DNA of 64,000 nucleotides from Haliotis rubra (Eukaryota): NCBI RefSeq assembly GCF_003918875.1, contig NW_025767151.1, positions 744,001 to 808,000 of the forward strand, read 5' to 3'. Shown piece by piece: positions 1 to 12,563 of this stretch (position 1 is its first letter; each line of letters starts with the position of its first letter). The notes under the pieces were generated by a model. It saw only the letters and a program-made list of their open reading frames with translations, ran no database searches and was not told where the DNA came from. The position numbers and the translations under genes were made by a program.

Positions 1-1039
1 CAGATTACAGGGTGACGTTGCCTTTTCAGGAGTACTTGTGGAGGAACGTCGTGTTTGTGTGTAACGAATCTCAGCATTGTCCTTTCTTCCGGTGCCAGGG
101 AGTTATCTCCCTTGTCTCTGTGCACTTTGTATATTTAACTTTTAAAACGTCACTTATGTATCATGTAACCATTTACACACGATTCTTGTTTCTTGGTTTT
201 ATTTGACTCAAGGGAAATTATGTTCACTTTTCCATGGAGGCGATTGTGGTGTGGCCAGGTTTCAAGGATTTTACGACGTTTTACTGTCAAACTATAATAG
301 CCACAAGAAAAGTCATGACACTCTCTGTTGAAATAGATTTCAGTATATGAGTTAATCGAAGATGGATGATAATGGATAATGTTAAATATATGTAGACTTT
401 GGTTGGTTGTTGGTCCTGAAACCTTGTTGAATGACATTCCACAGAAACTTGTAAAACAACATTCAATAAGTTTTCTTTTATGGATAGGAAAGCAGACACG
501 ATATCACACCAAGGGAGAATGGTGGGAAAGGTGTAACAATAAGAAATGAACTTGAAAACTACATAAAGTGGAATAACTATACCGTATACATTTTACTGCT
601 TGGTCTCAATGCAGATATCTTGTTTCTAGAGTGTTCATTTACCCTTGTGAATTCAGAATGGTAGAAGTGTTTTACTAACCCTGAAATTACAAATGGTGTT
701 TTATTATGACAATTGTTTTTATTGTATATACTGTCTGTCTTATTGAATGCCTTAAGGGTTTTGCCGGTTTCTTCCATTTTCCAGAGGCACAAATCGGATT
801 TTAAAAAGTGTTTTATTTAGCGGATATTAATGCTTTGAGTGTCTTGTACAAACGTATTTATCAACGAATGTTTGACATTTTTTATTATTCTTTCATCATT
901 TTATTACATAGATTTCACGTATGCTTTGATTTTATTACATTTACTTTGGCATTCTATATTGTATAAAGGTGTCCATTGCAAATTATTTTCTGTATTGAGA
1001 AACGTAGTCAAAGCATGTCCATGAATAACGAACTATACT

Positions 1040-1180
1040 ACCACAAAGCATTTGATTGTGGAGTTAGGCAAGGGCCTGTGCTTAGTCCTTTTCTATTTGC
1101 AATGTTTATGTCACGATTTCAACCCATGTTAGAGGAGGAAGACTTAAGAGGCATATCTATAGGTGCATATTATCATGTTG
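1040..1180 (+). pseudogene. Degraded non-LTR retrotransposon RT fragment
   Basis: Translates to GVRQGPVLSPFLFAMFM, the RT motif GxxQGxxLSPxLF. A second decayed copy (GVRQGSVLNLFLF) lies at ~3695-3750. Confidence 0.6.
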
Positions 1181-1294
1181 CTACTGAAAAGCTCAAAAGA
1201 ATGAATACAACCGAGAAAAAACACAATGACCAAAAGATTCCATGGTAACTTATACTCAGATTTTGTTGACTGGTTGGTTTCTGGGTCATACATA

Positions 1295-1701
1295 CACTTC
1301 CAGTCAAAAGCTTAGACTCACTAGTGTAAATGTAGCCACTTACTTCAGTCAACTAATCTAAACTAGATTTGGCAAAATATTCTATACAGCTTAAGGGTAC
1401 TGTTTACACATGAACTGATGTATTGTAAAACAATGAGTTCATGAGTTCAATAAATGATGAAACACAGTGAAAATTGGCGAATTCTTAACAAAACTTTATA
1501 CCAAAACGAAGCTGTTCACATGCACGACATTTGCACATACGTTTCAGCAAGTTGAAGCATGATCCTCGTGCAATTCATCCGCATAAGGTTTGCAGTTGGT
1601 TCCCCCAAGTTAGTGGAGAAATTCATTCTCGATGTAACCACATGTATAAACATAACATATAGTGAGTGTTTTAAGTGAGCCTAAACCTTTGATGGGTAGT
1701 A
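1295..1701. mobile_element. Tc1/mariner-type non-autonomous element (MITE)
   Basis: Imperfect ~28-bp TIRs: cacttccagtcaaaagcttagactcact versus the reverse complement of the right end, tactacccatcaaaggtttaggctcact. Flanked by TA on both sides; no ORF. Confidence 0.6.
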
Positions 1702-3244
1702 TAGTTGCCGTCTTGTCAGTCTGTCTCCATCCTCGTCGATTTGAGTACCTTCGGATAAGTTCTCCCCCAAGTTGTTATATCCGCCATTGTGATGGGCAAA
1801 ACTTGAAGCACCTGTGTTCAGGCCGTGTTTGAACTCTTTGTGGGTCATATCAGTCTTCAAACTGCTGATTTGTAACACTTCAAATGTGAGTAAGTTTTAT
1901 TATCAACCACTCTGACGTTGTGTGATCATCCCGAGTGTGACATTATTCTTCCAGGTGACTATAATGCACGAACTGGTAATTGGAAATGCTTTATCATTGA
2001 CAATGATAATAAATTCATAATATGTTAGAAAACATGGACTATGTGTCTGATTGACTTTCATCGATATTCTGGGGATGAAATGTTTAATGACTCCGGAAGA
2101 GATCTTGTGGCGTTTTTTTGTAAATTTGCTGTCTTGTTTAAAAAGGTTTTAGGGTAGACATGTGGAACATATTTCGAAATTTGATGCGTCAGTGACAGAT
2201 TTGACGTCCGATGCAATTCGTTATTTCGACTTGTACCATACGTTCCGGATACTGTTACCGGTGAACAATGGCTGTACATTGTATATATTTATGACGGGTA
2301 GGGGTGGATAAGCTCACCTTACCGCGAAGCCTGGTATCATCACTTTTTCATAGTGATTCATAAACACATGCTCTGTCATTAAATCTCATATTGTCAATCA
2401 CTGGTTTGTGCGACCCACACTCAATTGTTTACAGACCGCGTCGTACAGCTGAAATATTGCTGAATGTGGCGTCAAACAAACACATACTAATGATGTTGCA
2501 AGAATTGTAAAACCGACTCTGCTTTTAACAAAGATTTCTTACGTGATGTGGAAAGGGATTTGTCGTTTCTGTTTTATGGAAACAATGATCTTATACTTGT
2601 TTTAAGGCGAGCGGTGCTGGTTTGGTTGATTTCACTAGTTCTTGTTTTATTTCCCTGACTTCAGAGTAGATACTCGCAGTGAATCAGGTCATTTTCCCAT
2701 CATACTGACATTCCATGGTTGTGATAAACACATATAGATAATAGCAATGATAAAGGGGAAGAACCTCACGTAAATGATATCCTAATATCTACCTGGAGAA
2801 ATAATATGTGATTCTTTCAGATTCTTTCAGAGATGCTGTTTGTTAGCCTCTGGTTTCACGTAGCCTTGACTGCTAAGGTCAGGGAGTAATACCCAGGTGT
2901 CTGTGCACTTTGTATATATAACTTAATAAAAATCATTTATTTTTTATAAAACCGTTTCATGTTTTTCATGTTTTTATTTAGCTTATGGTCACTTCTGTTT
3001 TGGCATCGTCGTTACCTCGACTGTGTGCCTGTGTGCCTGTGTGGAAACAGTTGGATAAGGGGAAGTTACTCTTCTGTAGACACTTTATTTGAAGGCTCTT
3101 AATTCATAAACATCTCACAAATAAAGGTTGTAAGTTCGGCGCAGATCTTTGTAGATTTTGCTTAAGTGTTTGACTGGGTTAACTGTAACACATTATGGGT
3201 AATACCTCGTTCTCAAAGACGGGGTAGTAACATGAATACACAAT

Positions 3245-3590
3245 GCCATTTAGAAAGTGGTCAGATGTAACATATGTTAGATTTGGGATTACATTTTCTT
3301 AGTAAAGTACAAATTCTAGTACTTTTGTTTGGTTGAGTCCCATTCGAACCCACAGAGTCAGGCACCTAAGCGGCAGCACACAAAGTCAGACGCATCCCGG
3401 CTTACACGACCGGAAGGTATAAATACACATTGGTATTTAGAAAGTGGTCAAATGTAACATATGTTACTGTGTACTGGCAATTAGATGCCTGACTCTGACG
3501 GTGTGGGCTCGAATCCCGGATGGGACTCAACCAAACAAAAGTACTAGAATCTGTACTTTACTAAGAAAGTGTAATGCCAAATATAGCAGG
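3245..3590. repeat. Two inverted fragments of a tRNA-derived SINE (family D)
   Basis: 3282-3368 is the reverse complement of ~3480-3580 (gtgtgggctcgaatcccggatgggactcaaccaaacaaaagtactagaatctgtactttactaagaaa; B-box-like). Related copies at ~21530-21690, 48995-49100 and 52850-52915. Confidence 0.55.
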
Positions 3591-3890
3591 CGTTATGGTA
3601 GTAACATGTTGAATTATCATTTAGTATATATGAAAATGTTAAGTCCAGTGTTAGCGGTGATAGCATGATCTCTGTTTTGTTTGAAAGTACCACAGGTGTA
3701 AGACAAGGATCTGTACTAAATCTCTTTCTTTTCACATATTCTTATTAATGACTGAGTTGAGAAAATAGAAAGTAAGTGTAAAGGTGGCATGCACTCCCAT
3801 CCTGATGCAGTAAGACTATGTTGACTTGTTGGGGCGTATTATCAAAGCGGGAGAAACGGTTTTATATATGTGGGAAAGTCGAAGTTGTTA

Positions 3891-4053
3891 AGTGAGTGAG
3901 TGAATGAGTTTAGTTTTACGCCGCTTGTAGCAATATTCAAGCGGCCGGGGACACCAGAAATGGGCTTCACATATTGTACCCATGTGGGGAATCGAACCCA
4001 GGTCTTCGGCGTGACGAGCGAACGCTTTAACCACTACGCTACCCCACCGCCCC
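3891..4053 (-). mobile_element. tRNA-derived SINE family A
   Basis: A-box/B-box head (tagcgtagtggttaa / ggttcgattccc), (CTCA)n tail, TSD gaagttgttaag. Confidence 0.9.
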
Positions 4054-5189
4054 GGAAGTTGTTAAGAGCTATAAGTACCTGGGAGTAAAATTTCCAAGAA
4101 CTATATTTTGCAGTTTAATTTAATAAAGACTTCAACACAAGAGCAACGATATTCTTTGGAATATAAATAATCTAAAACTTTTAGACAGAATATATTGTAA
4201 TGTTCTCTTGAAATGTTTTACATAAAATTTAGTCCTGGTCTTGCACATAGTAAACTTTTGTAATAGTGGATACGGTCAATCAACTTATAGATATCCAAGA
4301 TAGTGTTATGATATGAATTTGTTAGTCGATAAATTAGGAAAGAAAACTGTGTTTTATCTGTATGAAAGCTCATTAATGAGGAAAGTTACTCTTATCATTC
4401 ATGTAGAATTATGCTAATATACTTATTAGAAGGTGCTCTCAAAGACTGAAGGACATTTATGTTCACAATTTGCACTATTCATCAACAAAACTTCAGTCTT
4501 ATGGTATGCTTTAACAACGAAAGTACACTTCATGAAACCACTTCTCTGTAAATATAGTTCACATTGCATTGAGATGTTCATTACATTCATTGTTTATTTC
4601 AACAGGACCATATTGTAAAAATAGACGCTGCAATTTTGCTCTCTGAAACCTAAGATAGAAGGAGGGAACCATTACACCCTGAATCATCTTATACTTCAAT
4701 GTGGATGGCAATATAGCAATGTTTACCAGCAAAAAATCTTGTTTGGCTGCACAAGTTACTTTCACGAAAACTGCGACCCTGTAGGATTGGTTATCATGTA
4801 TTAATTACGCACGATTACACTTAACAAAACAATGGGGAAATATATGCATAACTTGAAATTTTATACTTTTTATAAATAGCTGTGATTCTGCGAATCTGTT
4901 GTCTGGAACTATACTATAAGGGAACGATGCTTTAATATCTTGTTATTTTACCCTTTTTCTCAGTAAGGAATTCAATGGTGATTCTAATAATCATACGATC
5001 TCTGCTTAATGGTAACAGTTGTGTTAATTTAAGGAACTTAAATAGGAAATATAGAAGTGTTACTCCGTGACGTCAAGCTGCTGATAGTCAGTGTCATCAT
5101 ACAGTGATTTCCAATGCAAGATATCCATAACAAGAACACTAACGGTCTGAATATAAAGACCTACTGTATAATACTGTCTCGGTTCTAAT

Positions 5190-5557
5190 GGGGGCGGTGG
5201 GGTAGCCTAGTGGTTAAGCGTTCGCTCGTCACGCCGAAGGCCCGGGTTCGATTCCCCGATTCGATGTTTTGTAGTCAATCGGCCCATGTGCAGGTACATT
5301 GGTAGGTAAATACGATAGTCAAGATGTTATCAGTCAAAACAGTTTTACATTTAAAATCTTCCTAAACAAACTTTTAATCAGAACCATTATCATTGATAGT
5401 GTGGGGTAGCCTAGTGGTTAAGCGTTCGCTCGCCACGCCGAAGGCCCGGGTTCGATTCCCCACATGGGTACAATGTGTGAAACCCATTTCTGGTGTCCCA
5501 TGTCGTGACATTGCTGGATTATTGCTAAAAGCGGCGTAAAGCTAAACTCACTCACTC
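5190..5557 (+). mobile_element. SINE family A with duplicated head and internal 135-bp templated insert
   Basis: Head at 5190-5257, unrelated insert at 5266-5398, then a near-complete SINE at 5399-5557. Confidence 0.8.
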
Positions 5558-5699
5558 TTTACTAATGTAAATATTCATCAAGAAAAATCCAATGAGATAT
5601 GATGTAGTGAGTTTGTGAGCTTGCTCTAACGGCGCTTTGAACACCATTTCAGTTATAACACACAGCGTGTCATCTTGTTGTAGGAGATAATGGTTTTCA

Positions 5700-7680
5700 T
5701 TTAGCATTACGATCTGTTGTGGCACTTTTATACTGATGAGGGGCGATGGGAAACCTAAAGGTTAAAGCTTCCGCTCGTCACGCTGAAAACCCGGTTCGAT
5801 TTCCCATTTTTGGTGTCCCCCGCCATGATATTGCTGGAATAGTGCTAAAAGCGGCGTAAAACCATATTCACTCAGTCCGTTGTACTGATGACTTTGCTAC
5901 TAATGTTCCAAATAGCCATATTTCATTGGAGGAGATTGAAGTAGCCGTAAAAGATTTCACTAACACTATTTATAGTTTGGGTTTTAAATTTTTTTTTGTT
6001 TATGTAACTTGTGCAAGTATGGATAAAACCTAAATATTAGTATTTCGTAATGGTGGTTATTTACCATGAGATGAACTGACACTAAAACAGTAACTCTTTA
6101 TGACTGTTTTGGCGTCATGTTTTCAAATAGATTGTCATGCACTGTAAACACACTTGTATCAAGAGGCAGCGAAGAACTGTTTGTCATAAAGCATTACGAT
6201 CTGTTGTGGCACTTTTATACTGATGAGGGGCGATGGGAAAACTAAAGGTTAAAGCTTCCGCTCGTCACGCTGAAAACCCGGTTCGATTTCCCATTTTTGG
6301 TGTCCCCCGCCATGATATTGCTGGAATAGTGCTAAACGCGGCGTAAAACCATATTCACTCAGTCCGTTGTACTGATGACTTTGCTACTAATGTTCCAAAT
6401 AGCCATATTTCATTGAGGGGATTGAAGTAGCCGTAAAGATTTCACTAACACTATTTATAGTTTGGGTTTTAAATTTTTTGTTTATGTAACTTGTGCAAGT
6501 ATGGATAAAACCTAAATATTAGTATTTCGTAATGGTGGTTATTTACCATGAGATGAACTGACACTAAAACAGTAACTCTTTATGACTGTTTTGGCGTCAT
6601 GTTTTCAAATAGATTGTCATGCACTGTAAACACACTTGTATCAAGAGGCAGCGAAGAACTGTTTGTCATAAAGCATTACGATCTGTTGTGGCACTTTTAT
6701 ACTGATGAGGGGCGATGGGAAAACTAAAGGTTAAAGCTTCCGCTCGTCACGCTGAAAACCCGGTTCGATTTCCCATTTTTGGTGTCCCCCGCCATGATAT
6801 TGCTGGAATAGTGCTAAACGCGGCGTAAAACCATATTCACTCAGTCCGTTGTACTGATGACTTTGCTACTAATGTTCCAAATAGCCATATTTCATTGGAG
6901 GGGATTGAAGTAGCCGTAAAAGATTTCACTAACACTATTTATAGTTTGGGTTTTAAATTTTTTTTTGTTTATGTAACTTGTGCAAGTATGGATAAAACCT
7001 AAATATTAGTATTTCGTAATGGTGGTTATTTACCATGAGATGAACTGACACTAAAACAGTAACTCTTTATGACTGTTTTGGCGTCATGTTTTCAAATAGA
7101 TTGTCATGCACTGTAAACACACTTGTATCAAGAGGCAGCGAAGAACTGTTTGTCATACAGCGGTCACAGCATGAATTTTCAAACATTCCTGTAAATGTGT
7201 TCTTCAAATTGTTGGGCCGAAAAATGGCACTGATAAATTTAGTTTTTATAGATATGTTCAGGAGCGTATGTAAACATGTATCAAGTAGCGCAGCTTTGCT
7301 GAATGTGTCAGAATTAATCACAGTCATGTACAGTAGTAGCGAAGAAGTGTACAATATTGGTGTGAATTGTAGGAATGTCCAAAGCACGCTCGCTATCACA
7401 AACAATGTTATATTCTCTTTAAACAAACGTAACAGACGTCAATATATGGAAATTAAGAAGATATATATGTTTGCTGCGATTTAATGAAATATCATTACCT
7501 TGTAACGCTAGGTGTAAAGAAACTGTACCTTTTAATAGAACATATGATATACTAATAGCATTGAAACTGAGATTCGCTTTATATTTGAATGTGACGATTA
7601 TGTGTTATTAAGCAATAAGTACATATCAACTTGGAATAATTTCACAGACCATTAAACATTTAATAAAATATTGTCATCAA
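5700..7680 (+). pseudogene. Highly degraded LINE ORF2 (RTE-X-like)
   Basis: Remnant motifs: a YxDD-like site (tatactgatga, split by a SINE with TSD tactgatga), DKT*ILVFRNGG, FGVMFS, and a C-terminal ETEIRFIFEC resembling the EDExHFxxxC knuckle. Confidence 0.5.
5703..7157 (+). repeat. Tandem triplication of a ~485-bp unit (LINE remnant plus SINE A)
   Basis: Unit starts agcattacgatctgttgtggcac at 5703, 6190 and 6672. Copies are near-identical apart from small indels. Confidence 0.95.
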
Positions 7681-7681
7681 G

Positions 7682-7816
7682 CGAGTTTTTAACAATATTC
7701 TAGCAACATCACGGCGGGGGACACCAGAAATGGCCTTCACACATAGTACTCATGTGGGGATCGAACCCGGGTCTTCGGCGTGACGAGCGAACGCTTTAAC
7801 TATTAGGCTACCCCAC
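7682..7816 (-). mobile_element. SINE family A
   Basis: Matches the family A consensus seen elsewhere in the window. Confidence 0.85.
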
Positions 7817-9131
7817 ACTATCAATGGTAATGGTTCTGATTAAAAGTTTGTTTAGGAAGATTTTAAATGTAAAACTGTTTTGACAGATAACATCTTGACT
7901 ATCGTTTGTACCTACCAATGTACCTGCACATGGGCCGATTGACTACAAAACAGAAATAAACTCTCTTATAATTACAAACCACACTCCCCCTTTTGTTTGT
8001 GGAACGTGTTAGATATAACGGAAGTTGGGAGTTTACACGCTACGGAGTGGATCACGTTTTGCAAGATAATATCTTGTATATCGTATGTACCAGCTAGTTG
8101 ACATACATGTATTAACTTACATTATCTATATTTATACAGTGGCCGGTGGACTATAAAAGAGAAATAAACTCTCTCTCAACCAACGCCCCCTTCGAAAGGA
8201 ACCTGTTTGGCACAGGTCACGTGACGGATCACTTACTAAGGGTTGTGTACACAACTTTGTGTTGACACACCTTGACTGCAAACCCGCATCAGAAATGACA
8301 TGAAACTATTGCTCAGTGCGTGAGGTAAACTGTGTGTGCGTTCATATTATTTACAGTAATCTTGCTGTTTTGCGAGATGGAGATCGTATTGACCTTCTGT
8401 TCATTGACCTTGAAACATCACTCATAGAGGTCTCTTCTATAAGTGTTGAGTTGAATGTGAAGCCCATTTCTGGTGTCCCCCGCCGTGATGTTGCTGGAAT
8501 ATTGCTAAAAGCGGCGTAAAACCAAACCAAACCAACAGTCAGTTGAGTTGAAAACAAATGAATCTTATGAAGGAATAGAAAATGCCATAACCAAGTTTGC
8601 ACAAATGTATTCAGATAACATGCGAAGGAGTTACAAACTACTGTCATAGCGACTGATTAAAGGCAGTCATCGTCCAAATATTTTCTAAGGCCAAAAGCTA
8701 TGTAGCCAAGACATGTAAGACTTAATTGCAATTATTATATGATGCTAATCTTATCAGCCAACCTGTACCTCTGTCACTCTCATTAATTACTGTGTAAGAC
8801 AGTTACACTCTTAAAAATCCAAACGCATAGGTGAGAGAAATTTGAGAATATTAGACTCGTGTAACTGCAGCAAAAACAATACAAACATACTATTTCTTTC
8901 CAAAACGTCATCCTTGTGTGATTGTTAACAGCTTCAGCGCCAAAACGCGGCAATTTTAACTTTTTCCCTTGTTTTAGAAGCGTTTGAAGAAATATTCACC
9001 AAAACGTCATCAAGAAACATGCAAAGCAAAATGCACGTGCAAGTAAGTGTAAAAGCATGCGGTATCGATCACGATAAAAAGTCAAACGTTGTGTTTAATT
9101 TTCTTTGATTGGCATTCTAGAAGTTGAGGAG

Positions 9132-9244
9132 AGTAGTATATACAATGGGGCTACGGGACCAGGGCCCCCCAAGGGCTTAATTTAAAAATGAAATAAAAAA
9201 TGAGCCCTTGGGAAGTCCTAAGCCCCATTTTGTATACTACTACT
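9132..9244. repeat. Imperfect 113-bp hairpin with AGTAGT...ACTACT ends at the edge of the viral segment
   Basis: Left arm agtagtatatacaatggggct...cccaagggct. Right arm reverse complement agtagtagtatacaaaatggggct...cccaagggct. Confidence 0.8.
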
Positions 9245-9506
9245 GACTTGCATGCAAAATTTGATGAAAATCGGTCGAACAGTTTCTGAAATATTTGACT
9301 TTTAAGCGAGCATGGGGTTGGTCGGGAAAAAAGGCTCGGGTCGCCTGGGGTGGTGGTTGCTCCTCCGAGCGCTGTTGGCGGACGAGTCGCAGTGCGTGTG
9401 GGTGTGCCTCTCCCGGCTTGGTGTACGGATGGCTGCCTGGCTGGCTACATTCAGCAGAAAAATAGGCATGCAAGACTGATAAAAAAATCATGACGAGAAA
9501 CTATCA

Positions 9507-9770
9507 TCACATGGTGGGTGATGTGTAAGGAACTGTGTCGTGAGGTACGATCATCAACTCCTCTGATGAAAATGCTCTCGGTGGTCCGTCTTTCAAATAG
9601 TACAAGGTCGGTTCGCCGTCTTTGATGTCGAGAAGGTCTACGTTGTACGTTTTCATGGACCATATCGGATCGGTGGCGCGCTTTCTGCTGTCTCCCTCAT
9701 ATTCTCCCGGCTGGTACAAGTACCTAACGCTGACACGGTCCAGTAATGTTTTCTCTGTTATATCAGGTAC
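9507..9770 (-). pseudogene. C-terminal fragment of a Polinton-like (retroviral-type) integrase
   Basis: VRYLYQPGEYEGDSRKRATDPIWS...LYYLKDGPPRAFSSEELMIVP resembles the post-core tail of integrases in invertebrate Polinton-like elements (from memory). The DDE core is missing. Confidence 0.5.
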
Positions 9771-9771
9771 G

Positions 9772-10102
9772 ACAGCATTCTCGTTTTTTAACCGTCTCCT
9801 TGTTGGCGCTGCAGTCGTCCAGGATGAACACCCTAGTGTTAAGCGTGCAACCAGTCCTGCAGACGAATTCCAGGATCGATTTTGTGCACGTCAGGGTCCG
9901 TCATCACCCACGGTCTCTCCGTGTACGTCTTGTTCACCTGTAAAGTCGGGCAGAGAATGACGATGTGGTCGAACACGTTGCGATAGTATCCTTCCAGCAT
10001 GTTCAGCATGAAAGCCGTCTGGCCACACCCCGTCTGACCGCACACGATGGCGCAGTGGGGGTCGCAAGGTAAATCAATAAATGGCTTGCTCGAATCTTCC
10101 AT
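9772..10102 (-). pseudogene. A32/FtsK-HerA-type DNA packaging ATPase, N-terminal half
   Basis: Degenerate Walker A (AIVCGQTGCGQT, K>Q), then HIVILCPT, and after a frameshift Walker B VFILDD (9814-9831). Truncated by deletion. Confidence 0.75.
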
Positions 10103-11363
10103 TTTCTATATTGAGTTGCACGTCCATAATCACGTACAAATATAATTTTAACTTGTCGGCCGGATTTTGAGCTTTCTTGGTGATTTGGATGGTGATCCCC
10201 TTGCTGCCGTTGGCAATAACACGTCCGCTGCCGTGTAGTCTGTCATCATCCGTGGATCGCATGTCCAGCCACAGCGCGTAATGCTTATCCAGGTACCTAC
10301 TGAGCGTCACGTAGGTGAAACCCAGGTCTTTGACGATGTCGTTGACTTCAGGCGAGTGTCACTTGATGGCCGGTAGTTTTCTTATCTCGTCCCACTGCTG
10401 GTAAGCTCGCATGCCTTGGCTGAACAGCTGGTTCGGCACACCCTCGAAGGTCACTTTCACTTTCGTGATCTTGGGATTCCAAGTGAGTTTGCTGTCTCTT
10501 TGAAACGTCTTGTATTCCGCCACGTAAATGATCAAGATGCCTTTCATCGATTGAGCCTGCACATTCAGGTTGATGTTCCACAACGTTTCGCTCTTGTCCC
10601 TGACGATCGTCCGGTGCCGCAACACGCGGTCGTACAGGATGGACAGCTTTTTCGAGTACTGGGTGCGAATCTGCCGGGCCAGATTCGTGTTCGTGACCAT
10701 GTCGAACTCCAGTGAGATGTTGTTGACGATTTTAGCTGGCCTCAGTGCCGTCCGGCATGAAGATAACTTTGCCGTAGTCGTTGAACATGAGTTCGTATTC
10801 CAGCCTGTTCCCCAGCGCGGCCTGGTAAAACGGCATGTGCCCCTCAAGCAGCTCAAAGTTGAGCGGTATGTAAAACCGATTCCCGTACGCCTCGACGACG
10901 GCTTTTTCTCCTGCTGTTATATTGCCGAGATGGTCTTGCGTGAAACCGTACCCCACACGGATTTCATTCGATTCGTCATTATTCCGATTAAGTCCTTGAT
11001 ACGCCATGTCATCGTGTTCTTCCGAGGTTCTCCAGAGGTCCCTGTAACAGTAAAACACGTTGCTGTCGTCGATGCTCAGCACCTCGTTCCCGCTGATTTT
11101 GATGGTGGTTTTCTTGACGATGGCACGACCAAGGTTGTTCATGATCGTGCATTTGTCGTTCACGGACTCCAACATGAGTCCAAAGATGACGCTGGGACGA
11201 TGACGTCGTTCCCGGCAAGGTTGGGGAATCAAACCAGCAGCGTTTGGTTTGGATCGATCGTGCTCGGATTGTTGGTGATGGTCACCGAATGACGCACAGC
11301 TTTGACAGCGAGCCGATCTCTCTATTTTCGGAAAGGATATAGCTTTCGTCCGTATTGCGTCAT
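10074..11363 (-). pseudogene. Putative double jelly-roll major capsid protein (~430 aa)
   Basis: Reconstructed across stops and frameshifts: MTQYGRKLYPF...TNNPSTIDPNQTLLV*FPNL...NNLGRAIVKKTTIKISGNEV...YGNRFYIPLNFEL...ISLEFDMV...NPKITKVKVTFEGVPNQLFSQG...YALWLDMRS...LYLYVIMD. Size, beta-rich pattern and position next to the ATPase fit an MCP. Confidence 0.65.
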
Positions 11364-11404
11364 TGTTTATATTGAACTATGTATATTATAAGTTTAACAT
11401 AAAA

Positions 11405-12563
11405 ATGGCGGACGATATTCCCATGGACGATTTCGACGTACACCAGCTGAACAACGACGATGATGCAGCAGCAGCCATGGACACCTCGTTCATGGGGAAC
11501 ACCGTGGGCAACGAGCTTTAAAAACAGTCTGTGGACGAGTATTACAATGCTTTCAAGCGCAAGACAAATTACGTCGAAACATTGGGTCGCGGCTATCCGA
11601 AGTTCAAAATCGACAACGAAGGGACGTTGTGATTGAAAGCTTATCCGGAGGTTGATCTCATGAACAAACGCATGAGAAAACCGCTTGCCCTGTCGGCGCT
11701 AGCCAGTCATGGTGGTGGTAGTCAACTTCCGCCGAAGGTCGTCCGAGATCTGCAAAATGTAAGGACCGAACTCAGTGGTGCTGGCGCTGCCAATCCGAGA
11801 GAAATGCCCCAGAGCGCCAAAGAAGTGTCGGACGAAATCGAAAAAATATTGGTCACGTACTCGAACGAACCCTTGCCCGGTTTCGAATTTCCTCTTATGG
11901 AACTTCGGGGTCTAGACAAAGCCTTGACAAACGTGCACAGAGAACTCGTGAACAACATGGGTAAACTGAACGAAATCGACGAGCACATCACTCGCGAGAA
12001 AAGAAAACTCAGGATAGTGGACGACGACGACGAAGCCATGAAAAACATCATTGAGAAAAGATTGCGCAACCTGGAAGCCGAGAGACGGACCAGATTGGAA
12101 GTCGCTTCCTCCAACCGGGAAGACCCCCGATCACAAATTAGGCGCGTGCGTGAAACCATAGACCAAGTCTTGAATGAGGACACCACGTTGGCCGACAGGA
12201 TCCTAATTCTGTTCCGGGAACAAGGAATCACCATCACCAGCGTTCTCACGGCTTTGGGCTTCATCATATCGACCCTGGTCGTGTTGCTGACGGGGGGTGG
12301 TGGCACACCACCAAGCCCATCATCATCAGGCGACGACGTCAGATACTGGATCAAAAAAACATTTGAAATCTCTCGGCGAAGCCCTGGCGAAACTGGCCGG
12401 CATAGCCGCCGAAGCGCTGCCTGGCATCTTGGGCAGCATCGTTTCCGGGTTGTAAGGCTTCTTCTGCAAAACCGTCATGTGTCTCGGTCAAAACCTGTGG
12501 GCTTTCATCGTCACTGCGGTGGGTCTGATGTACGTCGCGGTTAAGCAATTTGTAACCAAATGA
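11405..12563 (+). pseudogene. Viral coiled-coil protein with C-terminal hydrophobic/amphipathic helices
   Basis: ATG at 11405 is in frame with ORF 11633 (two stops between). A long charged coiled coil is followed by GITITSVLTALGFIISTLVVLLTGGGG. After a frameshift at ~12357: KSLGEALAKLAGIAAEALPGILGSIVSGL*...LWAFIVTAVGLMYV. Confidence 0.65.

Noticed and set aside
130-1000. Possible minus-strand LINE remnant
   Set aside because: Too decayed to recover a diagnostic motif by eye.
10570-11292. 240-aa + strand ORF (also 11722-12354 -)
   Set aside because: Antisense shadows of the GC-rich viral genes; no motifs.
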